A stretch of 64,000 nt of DNA from Flavobacteriales bacterium (GCA_040377305.1 JBEIPA010000001.1:203324-267323), one strand, 5' to 3'; positions 28,297 to 38,368 are shown, counted from the first letter of the stretch. Program-made: numbers and translations. The notes: generated by a model not told the origin, from the sequence alone.

Positions 28297-29649
28297 GTGA
28301 AAAAACTGCAGGAAACCGTATCACTCATTTTCGGAGCACTTGTCTTGTGCTGGATTGCGTTTTACAATGGCTTTCCCTTGGTTTATTCCGATACTGGAAC
28401 ATATCTCGAGTCGGGCTTCACATTAGAAACACCGCTGGATCGTCCGATAATGTATGGGCTTTTCCTTCGCATGGCCAGCCTCAATGGCCTGACACCCTGG
28501 ACCGTGATATTTGTCCAAAGCCTGCTGCTCGTGTGGCTGCTTCGAGAAACAATCCGGATTACATTTCCCGGTAAAAACACAACGGTATTTTTTGTTGTTG
28601 CTGTGATCGTACTCTCGCTCTTCACCGGATTGCCCATTGTAACGTCGGAATTGATCGCAGATATTTTCACGCCCATCAGTGTGCTTGCACTATTCGCACT
28701 GCTCTTCGGCAGGTATACGGCACTAAAAACTGTCGGACTGTCTTTTCTTCTGCTACTTGCATGCGCTTGTCACATTTCGCATGTTGCAATTTGTTTCGCG
28801 ATTGCAGCTTCGGTCGGAACTATCTGTTTTTTCAGATTTCGCCGAAAGAAAGAATTACTTACTGACGTAAAACGAATTTCAGCCGCACTAATTATTCCGC
28901 TCCTGGCATTGCTCACCATGGTTTCCTCCATTTCTAAATCGCGGCACGTTTTCATGATGGGACATCTGGTTGAAACCGGAATTCTCAATGCCTATCTGGA
29001 CGATCATTGTCCGAGTGAAGAAATTTCCTTCTGCGCTTATCGGGATCGTATTCCTCCGGGAGCAGAAACGTTTATCTGGAACAGCGATGGCGACAGTGCA
29101 TTGATTCTGACCGGTGGATGGCTGGGTTCAAAAGAAGAATACTCACGCATCATTTCAGAAACTTTCTCCCAATGGAAGTACGTGAAAATGCACTTAGGCG
29201 CGGCGGTTTCAGGAACATTCCGGCAGCTTTATTACATCCGTGTTGGAGAAGGACTGGGCCGATATGATTCAACATACGTGGTATCTCAGCGCATTGCTAA
29301 ATATTTTCCGGCAGCAAATAATAAGTACCTGCGTTCCCGGCAGAGTAACGATGAATTTGGAGATTCTCCGTTGATTGACACAACAAACAAAATAGTAACG
29401 TCTCTGGCAGTGATCGTTATTGCAGCATGGCTGTTGATGCGAAGAAACAAAACAAACACCCGAATTGTGCTGGCGTTAATTTTGTCCACGGCATTTGCCT
29501 ATCTGCTTAACTGCGGAATATGTGCAACGCTCGCAACCGTAGCAAACCGATTCGGAGCCAGACTATCGTGGTTGGCTGTATTCGTTGCAATCATGCTCAT
29601 CTACGAATGGATCTCAGCAAAAAGGAACGCGGAAGTGTTCAATAAGTAA
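28297..29649 (+). CDS. Polytopic membrane protein, possibly a GT-C fold glycosyltransferase
   Basis: About 10 TM helices, first-loop YSDTGTY...DRPIMYGLF and a large soluble loop; function inferred only. Confidence 0.65.
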   Translation: MKKLQETVSLIFGALVLCWIAFYNGFPLVYSDTGTYLESGFTLETPLDRPIMYGLFLRMASLNGLTPWTVIFVQSLLLVWLLRETIRITFPGKNTTVFFVVAVIVLSLFTGLPIVTSELIADIFTPISVLALFALLFGRYTALKTVGLSFLLLLACACHISHVAICFAIAASVGTICFFRFRRKKELLTDVKRISAALIIPLLALLTMVSSISKSRHVFMMGHLVETGILNAYLDDHCPSEEISFCAYRDRIPPGAETFIWNSDGDSALILTGGWLGSKEEYSRIISETFSQWKYVKMHLGAAVSGTFRQLYYIRVGEGLGRYDSTYVVSQRIAKYFPAANNKYLRSRQSNDEFGDSPLIDTTNKIVTSLAVIVIAAWLLMRRNKTNTRIVLALILSTAFAYLLNCGICATLATVANRFGARLSWLAVFVAIMLIYEWISAKRNAEVFNK

Positions 29650-30814
29650 ATTCTCCAAACTCACTTTTGATCGTGAGTTTCGCGCCACTGCTCTTCTCTA
29701 CACGACCAACAATTTGCGCATCGATATTGAACGACTTCGAAATAGCCATGATGGACCCGGCGATTGAAGCAGGAACATAGAGTTCCATTCGGTGACCCAT
29801 GTTGAACACTTTGTACATCTCTTTCCATTCGGTGCCGCTTTGTTCGTGAATGAGCTTAAACAAGGGCGGAACTGCGAAGAGATTGTCCTTAATAATGTGA
29901 ACGTCTTTTACAAAGTGCAATACTTTCGTTTGAGCACCACCACTGCAGTGCACCATGCCGTGAATATCAGCGCGATGTTTTTTCAGCACTTCGGTAATCA
30001 CCGGCGCGTACGTTCTCGTTGGAGAAAGTACAAGCTTGCCCGCAGTCATTGTTTGTCCACTTCCGATATCAATCGGTTGCAGCAAATCAATACTTCCACT
30101 GTACACCAGATCTGCCGGAACATGCTGATCGTAACTCTCCGGATATTTTGTTGCCAGCGTTTTGCTGAACACATCATGGCGCGCAGATGTTAATCCATTG
30201 CTGCCCATTCCGCCATTGTATTCGCTCTCATACGTTGCTTGTCCGGAAGAAGCCAATCCAACAATCACATCGCCATCCTGAATGTTGTGATTCGAAATAA
30301 CATCACTGCGCTTCATTCTCGCAACCACTGTTGAATCCACAATGATACTTCGAACGATATCGCCAACATCTGCAGTTTCTCCACCGGTGCTCGTAATTCC
30401 GAACCCAAGTTTTCTCAGGTCTGCAAGAACTTCTTCGGTTCCGTTAATGATCGCAGAAATAACTTCACCGGTAATCAGATTCTTATTTCTTCCAATGGTA
30501 GACGAAAGCAGAATGTTGTCAGTTACACCAACGCAAAGAAGATCGTCGGTGTTCATCACTACCGCATCCTGTGCAATTCCTTTCCACACGCTCAGGTCGC
30601 CGGTTTCTTTCCAGTACATATAGGCGAGCGACGATTTCGTTCCTGCACCATCGGCATGCATTACAAGACAATACGCTGCGTCACCACTCAGGTGATCAGG
30701 AATGATCTTGCAAAATGCCTGAGGGAATAATCCTTTGTCGATATTCTTGATCGCAGCATGCACATCTTCTTTTGATGCTGAAACTCCGCGCTGATTATAT
30801 CTGGTATCGCTCAT
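29639..30814 (-). CDS. purM: Phosphoribosylformylglycinamidine cyclo-ligase (AIR synthase, Bacteroidota type)
   Basis: RGVSASKEDVH, HADGAGTKSSLAY, TGGETADVGD, SNGLTSARHD, VFNMGHR. Confidence 0.93.
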   Translation of the reverse strand: MSDTRYNQRGVSASKEDVHAAIKNIDKGLFPQAFCKIIPDHLSGDAAYCLVMHADGAGTKSSLAYMYWKETGDLSVWKGIAQDAVVMNTDDLLCVGVTDNILLSSTIGRNKNLITGEVISAIINGTEEVLADLRKLGFGITSTGGETADVGDIVRSIIVDSTVVARMKRSDVISNHNIQDGDVIVGLASSGQATYESEYNGGMGSNGLTSARHDVFSKTLATKYPESYDQHVPADLVYSGSIDLLQPIDIGSGQTMTAGKLVLSPTRTYAPVITEVLKKHRADIHGMVHCSGGAQTKVLHFVKDVHIIKDNLFAVPPLFKLIHEQSGTEWKEMYKVFNMGHRMELYVPASIAGSIMAISKSFNIDAQIVGRVEKSSGAKLTIKSEFGEFTY

Positions 30815-30836
30815 TCTTGATTTGGAACCGTCTGAA

Positions 30837-30880
30837 AATTTTGAATCCCATTCTGAGGATTCAGAATGGGATTCAAAATT
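30837..30880. terminator. Perfect 20-bp hairpin after the PorE-like gene; contains a -7 element facing purM
   Basis: AATTTTGAATCCCATTCTGA-GGAT-TCAGAATGGGATTCAAAATT; TAATTTTG on the minus strand at 30874-30881. Confidence 0.65.
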
Positions 30881-30900
30881 ACTGATTATTGCTTGGCTTC

Positions 30901-33150
30901 TTAGAACCCGTCAGGGCGAAGTGCTGCATTTGTCTCATCCATCAGATCACCAGGAACTTTTGGTTTAGGTGCTGGAGCTGGAGCTGGTGCAGGAGCCGGA
31001 GCGTTTCCGCCCTGATTGTGTCCATCCTGTTCAACGTCTGCGCCGGTTGTGTCACCGAAATCATCGAAGTCACCCTTGATTACTTTTGGAGTAATCTTAC
31101 GTGTATTCTGATCTTTCGGAGCTTTTGGATCAACGTAGTTCCAGCTTACAACGCGGAACGCCGTACGACGATTCAATTGGTGAAGTGACTCACGCTCCTG
31201 TGTTGTTTTCTTCGAATTGATGTATTTCTCAGTCAATACAGTTCCGTCAGCCATACGCAACGGACGTGTTTCGCCGTAACCTTTTGACAACAGACGCTCT
31301 TTAGCGATTCCTTTTTCATTCACCAGATAATCTACGCATGCTTTCGCACGAGCATCAGAAAGCTTGTTGTTAGCTGGATCCGAACCACGGCTATCTGTGT
31401 GAGATCCGATCTCAATAATAGCTGTTGGGTTGTCCAGAAGTGTTTGGTAAAGGAAGTTCAGCGAGTCTTTTGACTCAGGACGAAGTGTTGCTTTTCCAAG
31501 GTCATACATTACCGCCGGGAAACGAATCTCCATCTCCGCAGGAATAAGACAGAAGTCAAGTGTCCAGTTTTTAGAAACCATTTCACCTACTGTAGTGAGC
31601 TTGCCTTTGTCTTTATCAGGAAGGTTAAGGTATGCATCAGCTTTTGAGCTGTGTCCTTTATCACCGTATACCATCAATACATAAGACACGTTAGGATCAA
31701 GTTCGAAGTGATACTTGCCGTCTTTTGCAACAGTATCTTCCAGTGCAGATCCATCAGATCCAACCATACGAACTACTGCACCTTCTACCGTGATAGATGG
31801 GCCGTATTTGCAGTCAGTGATTGTTCCGTCAAGTTTGAATACCAGTGGTGGCAGGTAGAACGACCAGATGTCATCAGCACCTTTTGTGCCTTCACGGTTT
31901 GAAGTGAGGTAACCTTTTTCTTTGAGTCCATCGAATACAATACCGAAGTCATCACCAGAAGAGTTCATTGGGTATTGAAGATTCTCAGGAGCTCCCCATT
32001 TCCAACCTTCAGCAGACTTAGGAGCCTTGAAGATATCAAGTCCACCCATTCCGAGAAGACCGTCTGAAGAGTAATAAAGATCGCCGTTCTCAGCAATGTA
32101 AGGGAAACCTTCACGGCCGTTCGTGTTCAAAGTAGCACCAAGGTTAGTTGGCTTGTTCCACTTCTTCGACTTCTTGTCGTATGTAGACATCCAAAGATCA
32201 GACTTTGTTCCACCGATCACACCAGTCATGTCTGAAGAGAAAACCATTACCTGGTCATCTGCAGAAACTGTTGGGTGACGGAAGTTGAATGAATCAAGAA
32301 TTGCTGCATCCAAACCGAAATCAACTACCTCAGGAGTACCCCAAGCATTACCTTTTTTAGGAGCCACGTAGATTTTGCAGGTTATCCACTTCTTCTTCGC
32401 CTGATCGCAACGTGTGAAATAGATTTTGTCTGCTTTCTTAGTTACGTGCGATGCACCTTCGTTAGAAGCCGCAGTGTTCACTTCGCCCTGAACAACACTA
32501 GGTGTGCTCCACTTTCCGTTCTTGTCAACTTTCGTTGTGAACAGGTCAGAGTACATTGTTCCTGATACAGGATCAATTTTGCTTCCGGTTTGTCCTTCAC
32601 GCTTAGACGTGAACACAAGCTCAGTATGTTTTTTATCACCGTAAGTTGGAGAGAAATCATAGTCTTTGCTATTGATCAAAGCCATGTTCTCAACTACCCA
32701 ACGGGTTGGAGAGTCTTTCCATTTCTGAGCGAGCTCAGAAGATTTGATTCCATTCTCACCTGCCGGATCCGACGGTACGAGTTTCTGGTAGTCCTGGAAA
32801 GCGGGAATCGCTTCTTCGTACTTCTGGTTGATCTTTTTCGCCTCAGCAAACCAGAGATACATCACGTCATTCGTGTGCTTCGCTTTGATTGCTTTGCCAT
32901 ACCATGTTTCTGCTTGCTTCCAGTCGTTCATCTTACGATAACACTCAGCAATCTGAAACGTGATGCGGGCTTTTTCCTGCTTGTTTTTGATTTTGGACAT
33001 ACCCTTTTTGTAGAGCTCAACAGAATTGTAATACTGTTCGCCTTCAAAAGCGCGGTCCGCATCTTTAATGTAGTTCTTCTGGGCGTACGCATTTACCGTA
33101 AGCGCCAAAATGAAAACCACTACAACAGAGAGTACCTTATTTAGTTTCAT
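30901..33150 (-). CDS. PorE-like OmpA family protein (TPR + PD40 propeller + OmpA C-terminal domain)
   Basis: TPRs, GMGGLDIF and SSGDDFG PD40 motifs, GSHTDSRG...LSDARA...GYGE...NRRTAF; (PA)n tail. Confidence 0.9.
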   Translation of the reverse strand: MKLNKVLSVVVVFILALTVNAYAQKNYIKDADRAFEGEQYYNSVELYKKGMSKIKNKQEKARITFQIAECYRKMNDWKQAETWYGKAIKAKHTNDVMYLWFAEAKKINQKYEEAIPAFQDYQKLVPSDPAGENGIKSSELAQKWKDSPTRWVVENMALINSKDYDFSPTYGDKKHTELVFTSKREGQTGSKIDPVSGTMYSDLFTTKVDKNGKWSTPSVVQGEVNTAASNEGASHVTKKADKIYFTRCDQAKKKWITCKIYVAPKKGNAWGTPEVVDFGLDAAILDSFNFRHPTVSADDQVMVFSSDMTGVIGGTKSDLWMSTYDKKSKKWNKPTNLGATLNTNGREGFPYIAENGDLYYSSDGLLGMGGLDIFKAPKSAEGWKWGAPENLQYPMNSSGDDFGIVFDGLKEKGYLTSNREGTKGADDIWSFYLPPLVFKLDGTITDCKYGPSITVEGAVVRMVGSDGSALEDTVAKDGKYHFELDPNVSYVLMVYGDKGHSSKADAYLNLPDKDKGKLTTVGEMVSKNWTLDFCLIPAEMEIRFPAVMYDLGKATLRPESKDSLNFLYQTLLDNPTAIIEIGSHTDSRGSDPANNKLSDARAKACVDYLVNEKGIAKERLLSKGYGETRPLRMADGTVLTEKYINSKKTTQERESLHQLNRRTAFRVVSWNYVDPKAPKDQNTRKITPKVIKGDFDDFGDTTGADVEQDGHNQGGNAPAPAPAPAPAPKPKVPGDLMDETNAALRPDGF

Positions 33151-33290
33151 AGTAAAAGAGATTGTGTTCTTGGTTTGTCTAATAGCCTGCTAAGATAATA
33201 AACTTGTGAAAAAATCGAAATTCCAAGGGTGTTAAAATCGCTTGAATTCCAGTAATTTCTCAGGTTTATAACGGGATGCGAACTAAAGGA

Positions 33291-33319
33291 TACAGCCCCG
33301 CAGCTACACGGGGCTGTAC
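33291..33319 (-). terminator. Hairpin after the second PorE-like gene
   Basis: TACAGCCCCG...CGGGGCTGTA 10-bp stem; weak U-tract. Confidence 0.55.
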
Positions 33320-33349
33320 GAATTCACAACCTGTTGATTATCAGAGATA

Positions 33350-35536
33350 TTATTCATCCTTTTCAGAAATTTCGTCGATAATCTCCCCGCCCTCCCAGGT
33401 TGCGTCGCTCGCATCGAAATAGCCTTTGCGCACGATTGGGGGTTTAGGTTTCTCCAGAATTCCGGTTTGCCCCTTTGGTGCGTAGTTGTAATTGAGAACA
33501 CGGAACACCGTTCGGCGGTTCATCTGATGATACGCTTCCTGTTTGTCCTTCGGCTGCTTCATGATCCACGCCTCCGTTAGCTGAGTTTCTCTATCCATGT
33601 GAAATGGCTGATCTTCTCCGTAACCTTTCGCTACAATTCGTTCACGTGGAATTCCTTTTTTCACGAGGTAGTCAACGCACGATTGAGCACGACGTTGTGC
33701 AAGTTCGCGATTGTACTTTGCAGAACCTCTTGCATCCGTATGCGATCCGAGCTCAATGACCATTGTAGGATTGTCAATAAGCAAGCGGTATAAAAAATCA
33801 AGTGAGTCTGTTGAACCTCCAACGAGATCAGCACTGTTGTACGGATAAAGAACAGCCGGAAAACGAATTTCATCGGGCAATACCGGATCGAGCGTGCACT
33901 TAACGATTGTTGCGCAAGGACACTCCATTGCAACAGATGCCTTCATGGTTTGCGACTCCGGCAGATTGAAATATGATTCTGCACTTGCGCTACGCGCGTC
34001 TTTTCCCTCTACGGTCATTGTGTAAACAATATCCTTCTTCGCCTTGAAGCTATATTCTCCAATAGAATCAGTGAGCAAATCGAAACGGCTTCCGTCTGTT
34101 CCTGTTACGTGAACAAGTGCGTTCTCTACCGGACACGCGCACTTACTGTCTTTCACACTTCCTTCAATTCTCATTGGACACGCTGCAGGATCAATTGAGA
34201 ACGACCAGATGTCATCACCGCCTTTTGTTCCTTCTCGCGATGAAGTCATGTAACCACTTCGCTTATCGCTTGCCATGATCAAACCGAAATCATCCGCAGA
34301 AGAATTCATCGGGTACTTCATGTTCTCCGTTTCATTCCACTTCCAGTCTGTTGCAGATTTTTTCGAAGTGAAAATATCGAGTCCACCCATTCCTGCATGA
34401 CCATCAGAAGCGAAATACAAGGTTCCGTCTTCGTGGAGATAAGGAAATCCTTCCCGTCCATCGGTATTCACATCACCACCCAATCGTGTTGGCTTGCCCC
34501 ACTTCTTTCCTTTTGTATCGTAAACGGACATCCACAAATCCTGTCCTTTGCTTCCGGTCATGTCAGAAGAAAATACCATCACTTCTCCATTTGCACTCAA
34601 CGCAGGATGACGGAAATTGAATGAATCGAGAACTGCTGCATCTAAACCGAAATCAATCATTGTTGATTTGCTCCAACCGTTTCCTTGTTTATCGGCAGTA
34701 TAAATTTTGCATGTCACAATTTTATTTTTCGCCTGATCGCAACGGGTGTAGAAAATCTTGTTTCCATTTTTGTTCATCACGGTTGCTCCTTCGTTCGACT
34801 CTGCCGTATTCACATCTCCAGCAACGGGTGCCGGTGAACTCCACTGTCCGTTTTTCGATTTACGCGATTCGAAAATATCGCAATACATCACACCGGAAAT
34901 CGGATCAACTTTAGAACCACTTTGTCCCGGACGTTTTGATGTGATGAAAATTCCATTGCGTTTTTTATCCGACCAGGAAGGACAGAAATCGAGATCGCGC
35001 GAATTCAATTCGTTCTCGTTCCTGATCAGCCACCACGATGCTGAGCAATCCGCTTCACCTTGCATCCAACCTGCAGCAAGTTCACACGACTGAATTCCGA
35101 TGGCACCGGCAGGATCACTTGGTACACGCTTCTGATATTCTTCGTAATCTGCCATCGCGAGATCATACTTTCCGAAGTAACGGTACGTATCTGCCCGACG
35201 CAAATACACTTCATCATTCGCGTAGCCCGACTTGATTGCTTTGTCGTAGTACTTCAACGCTGCATCCTGTTTCAGCATGACGCGATTGCATTCTGCCATC
35301 TGAAAATAGATGTAAGCCTTGTCGGCCTTGTTCGGCTTTTTAGAAAGCGCCAACTCGTATTTCGTAAGCGCAGTAGAATAGTTTCCGCACTCGCGTTCAT
35401 GTTCAGCATCGCGCAGCGGAGTATTGAATGACATTATTCCGAATGGAATAATAAGAATCAATACGAGAGAGAATAATCGTTTACTCGCACGGATTGATTT
35501 TTTTAACTGAGTTCGTGAATCTTCCGATTTCATCAT
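33350..35536 (-). CDS. Second PorE-like OmpA family protein (tandem paralog)
   Basis: Same architecture; shares IDFGLDAAxLDSFNFRHP and other blocks with 30901-33150. Confidence 0.9.
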   Translation of the reverse strand: MMKSEDSRTQLKKSIRASKRLFSLVLILIIPFGIMSFNTPLRDAEHERECGNYSTALTKYELALSKKPNKADKAYIYFQMAECNRVMLKQDAALKYYDKAIKSGYANDEVYLRRADTYRYFGKYDLAMADYEEYQKRVPSDPAGAIGIQSCELAAGWMQGEADCSASWWLIRNENELNSRDLDFCPSWSDKKRNGIFITSKRPGQSGSKVDPISGVMYCDIFESRKSKNGQWSSPAPVAGDVNTAESNEGATVMNKNGNKIFYTRCDQAKNKIVTCKIYTADKQGNGWSKSTMIDFGLDAAVLDSFNFRHPALSANGEVMVFSSDMTGSKGQDLWMSVYDTKGKKWGKPTRLGGDVNTDGREGFPYLHEDGTLYFASDGHAGMGGLDIFTSKKSATDWKWNETENMKYPMNSSADDFGLIMASDKRSGYMTSSREGTKGGDDIWSFSIDPAACPMRIEGSVKDSKCACPVENALVHVTGTDGSRFDLLTDSIGEYSFKAKKDIVYTMTVEGKDARSASAESYFNLPESQTMKASVAMECPCATIVKCTLDPVLPDEIRFPAVLYPYNSADLVGGSTDSLDFLYRLLIDNPTMVIELGSHTDARGSAKYNRELAQRRAQSCVDYLVKKGIPRERIVAKGYGEDQPFHMDRETQLTEAWIMKQPKDKQEAYHQMNRRTVFRVLNYNYAPKGQTGILEKPKPPIVRKGYFDASDATWEGGEIIDEISEKDE

Positions 35537-35699
35537 GTTCGTTTTTGTAAGGACAAAATCCTCGTTCCGGGAATTCTCCCGTAGATATTACGAACACAGG
35601 CCTGTGTTTCTGTTTGCTGCATATATAACAGAACACAAAACAATAGTTACAGCCGAAAAACGTTAAAAAGATTTTCTCACACTTTTTACGTACCGTACC

Positions 35700-35731
35700 A
35701 CAGCGGCACGGCGGAAAAGCGGCGCGGCGGA
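35700..35731. repeat. Short 8-bp tandem repeat, four copies
   Basis: ACAGCGGC ACGGCGGA AAAGCGGC GCGGCGGA. Confidence 0.55.
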
Positions 35732-35820
35732 ATTTTTCTGTGTTACTTTTTTATTGTCCAGCGTTATAGAAGTGGCACGCACGTCGAAAACACTTGCCGT
35801 TACGATGCGTTGACATGAAA

Positions 35821-35859
35821 GCAAAAGGCGTTCTGACTATACTGTCAGAACGCCTTTGC
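35821..35859 (-). terminator. Intrinsic terminator after glutamine synthetase
   Basis: GCAAAAGGCGTTCTGAC-TATACT-GTCAGAACGCCTTTGC. Confidence 0.8.
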
Positions 35860-35879
35860 AGTTTTGTTCTATTAAACGA

Positions 35880-38069
35880 TTACTTCGTAAACAAAATCTC
35901 TCTGTATTTCGGGAAAGGCCATGCGTCATCCGCAACCAACATTTCGAGTTTGTCTACATGGTCGCGAATTGAATCGAAGTACGGCTTCACCTTGTTACAA
36001 TAAGCATAGGCACGCTTCTGCATATCATCGATATTGTTTGCCTTCTTTCGTTCCTCGATCATCGCATCAGTCTTGTGCTTGATTCCTGCAACGTGTTCAG
36101 AAATTTCGCTGATCATGTCTAACTGAATCGCACCTGCCTTCTTGTATTCAGCTGCACCGAGTACGTCTTTCAATCCCTGAACGTTATTAATAAGCATGTT
36201 CTGATATTGCAGTGCTACCGGAATAATGTTGTTCGTTGCAAGATCACCGAGTACACGCGCTTCAATCTGAATTTTCTTCACGTACGTCTCGAGATAAATC
36301 TCGTAACGTGCATGTTGCTCACGCTCCGAAAGAACTCCATGACGTTCAAACAGTTTGATGAACTTCTTATCGTGCCATGCTTCGAGTGCTTCAGGAGTTG
36401 TCTTGAAGTTACTCAGCCCGCGCTTCTTCGCTTCCTTCACCCACTCATCACCGTAACCGTTTCCTTCGAATCGGATGCGTTTTGTTTCGGTGATATATCC
36501 GGCAAGAATCTGGAAGATTGCGTCGTCCTTGTCTTTGCCTTTAGCGATGAGCGCATCCACTTCCTTCTTGAATGTGATAAGCTGATCCGTCATAATCGTA
36601 TTCAATACAGTCATCGCACCCGAACAATTCGCAGAAGAACCTACTGCGCGGAACTCGAATTTATTTCCGGTAAATGCAAACGGCGATGTACGGTTACGAT
36701 CTGTGTTGTCAAGCAGAATATCCGGAATCTTTCCGATTGACAACTTCAATGCGGTACGCTCGTCAACCGACATTTTTCCTTTTGCTTTTTTCTCAACTTC
36801 ATCGAGAACTGCAGACAGTTGTGAACCGAGGAACACAGACATAATTGCAGGTGGCGCTTCATTTGCACCGAGACGATGATCGTTACCGGCTGATGCGATA
36901 GTTGCACGCAGCAAGTCAGCGTTATCATGGAATGCTTTCACCGTGTTGATGAAGAAAGCAAGGAACTGCAAATTCGTTTTCGGCGTTTTGCCTGGACTCA
37001 ACAGGTTCTTGCCCGTGTTTGTTGCAAGCGACCAGTTGTTGTGTTTCCCGGAACCGTTTACACCTGCGAATGGCTTCTCGTGCAACAATACGCGGAAGTT
37101 GTGACGACGGCCAATTTTCGCCATCAAATCCATCAGCAATTGATTGTGGTCAACCGCGATATTGATCTCTTCATACACAGGAGCACACTCGAACTGATTT
37201 GGTGCAACCTCGTTGTGACGTGTTTTGATCGGAATTCCAAGTTTGTGTGCTTCGATTTCCAACTCACGCATGAAAGAAGTTACGCGATCAGGAATCGAAC
37301 CGAAATAGTGATCTTCCAACTGCTGTCCTTTCGCCGGAGCAGCACCGAAGAGAGAACGTCCTGTGATAGACAAGTCAGGACGTGCGTTGTGCAACGATTC
37401 ATCGATGAGGAAATATTCCTGCTCCCAGCCGAGTGTTGCAATAACTTTCGTGATGTTCTTATCGAAGTACTGGCAAACATCAACTGCCGCTTTGTCAAGT
37501 GCCGTGAGCGCTTTGAGCAACGGTGTTTTGAAATCAAGAGCTTCGCCCGTGTATGAAACGAAGATGGTAGGAATGCAAAGTGTATCGCCGATGATGAATG
37601 CCGGAGAAGAAGGATCCCATGCCGTATATCCCCGTGCTTCGAATGTATTGCGGATTCCACCATTTGGAAAGCTTGAAGCGTCGGGCTCCTGCTGAACAAG
37701 CTGACTGCCTCCAAAGCGCTCAATGGCACGACCGCCTTCTACCGGTTCGAAGAACGCATCGTGCTTTTCAGCAGTTGCTCCGGTGAGTGGCTGAAACCAG
37801 TGCGTATAGTGACCAGCGCCTTTTGAAACTGCCCATGCTTTCATTCCGGCAGCAACTTCATCGCCCATCTTGCGATCGATACGCGCGCCACTATTATCCA
37901 TTGCGGCTTTTACGCTGTTGTATGCACCTTCAGATAAAAACTCGCGCATTGCATCGAGTCCGAACACATTGGATCCGAAATAAGCGGCAACCCCGCCTAC
38001 GGGTGTAGGAACCGTCAGCGGCTGACGATTCATCGAATCTTCGATGGCTTTAAAGCGAATTCTTGACAT
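35880..38069 (-). CDS. glnA: Glutamine synthetase type III
   Basis: HYTHWFQPLTG, EPDASSFPNGG, HNEVAPNQFE, GVNGSGKHNNWS, DRNRTSPFAFTGNKFEFRA; 729 aa. Confidence 0.96.
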   Translation of the reverse strand: MSRIRFKAIEDSMNRQPLTVPTPVGGVAAYFGSNVFGLDAMREFLSEGAYNSVKAAMDNSGARIDRKMGDEVAAGMKAWAVSKGAGHYTHWFQPLTGATAEKHDAFFEPVEGGRAIERFGGSQLVQQEPDASSFPNGGIRNTFEARGYTAWDPSSPAFIIGDTLCIPTIFVSYTGEALDFKTPLLKALTALDKAAVDVCQYFDKNITKVIATLGWEQEYFLIDESLHNARPDLSITGRSLFGAAPAKGQQLEDHYFGSIPDRVTSFMRELEIEAHKLGIPIKTRHNEVAPNQFECAPVYEEINIAVDHNQLLMDLMAKIGRRHNFRVLLHEKPFAGVNGSGKHNNWSLATNTGKNLLSPGKTPKTNLQFLAFFINTVKAFHDNADLLRATIASAGNDHRLGANEAPPAIMSVFLGSQLSAVLDEVEKKAKGKMSVDERTALKLSIGKIPDILLDNTDRNRTSPFAFTGNKFEFRAVGSSANCSGAMTVLNTIMTDQLITFKKEVDALIAKGKDKDDAIFQILAGYITETKRIRFEGNGYGDEWVKEAKKRGLSNFKTTPEALEAWHDKKFIKLFERHGVLSEREQHARYEIYLETYVKKIQIEARVLGDLATNNIIPVALQYQNMLINNVQGLKDVLGAAEYKKAGAIQLDMISEISEHVAGIKHKTDAMIEERKKANNIDDMQKRAYAYCNKVKPYFDSIRDHVDKLEMLVADDAWPFPKYREILFTK

Positions 38070-38097
38070 GACTGGCTGGTTTTTTAAGTTTTCGGAG

Positions 38098-38174
38098 CAA
38101 AGGTACCCGAAAAATCAGGGGGCGAATACCAAAAAAGCTAACATTTTATGAAGGGACCCCTAAAAACCGGGGGT
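38098..38174 (-). promoter_or_regulatory. Glutamine synthetase promoter (TACCTTTG) with two CCC-N-AAAAA-YCR-GGGG boxes
   Basis: -7 element at 38098-38105; boxes at 38104-38122 and 38156-38174, 52 bp apart. Confidence 0.55.
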
Positions 38175-38236
38175 GCGGTCCAGAAATTCGTCTTTTTTCG
38201 GCTCACACAGAGAATTCGATCGAAATGAGGGAGCCC

Positions 38237-38311
38237 ATGTGCTGATTTGTAGTTATGCCGATTTGCAGATGTCAGGCATCAGCATATCAACTAATCTGCT
38301 TATCAGCTAAT
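38237..38311. repeat. Head-to-head inverted arrays of 8-bp units (ATNWGCWG) with no cargo
   Basis: ATGTGCTG ATTTGTAG TTATGCCG ATTTGCAG ATG / TCAGG / CAT CAGCATAT CAACTAAT CTGCTTAT CAGCTAAT. Confidence 0.7.
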
Positions 38312-38368
38312 CATTTGGGATCGTCTTCGAAGACGCAATGGAGAGAAATCTTTGTTGGGATGAAGAAC

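Noticed and set aside
35578-35592. Fourth copy of the CCGTA-N4-TACGG box
   Set aside because: Spacer is 5 nt and the right half-site is incomplete.
36927-37556. Long antisense ORFs (209 aa here, 208 aa at 17455-18081, 199 aa at 55680-56279)
   Set aside because: Shadow frames opposite well-supported genes, with no recognisable motifs.
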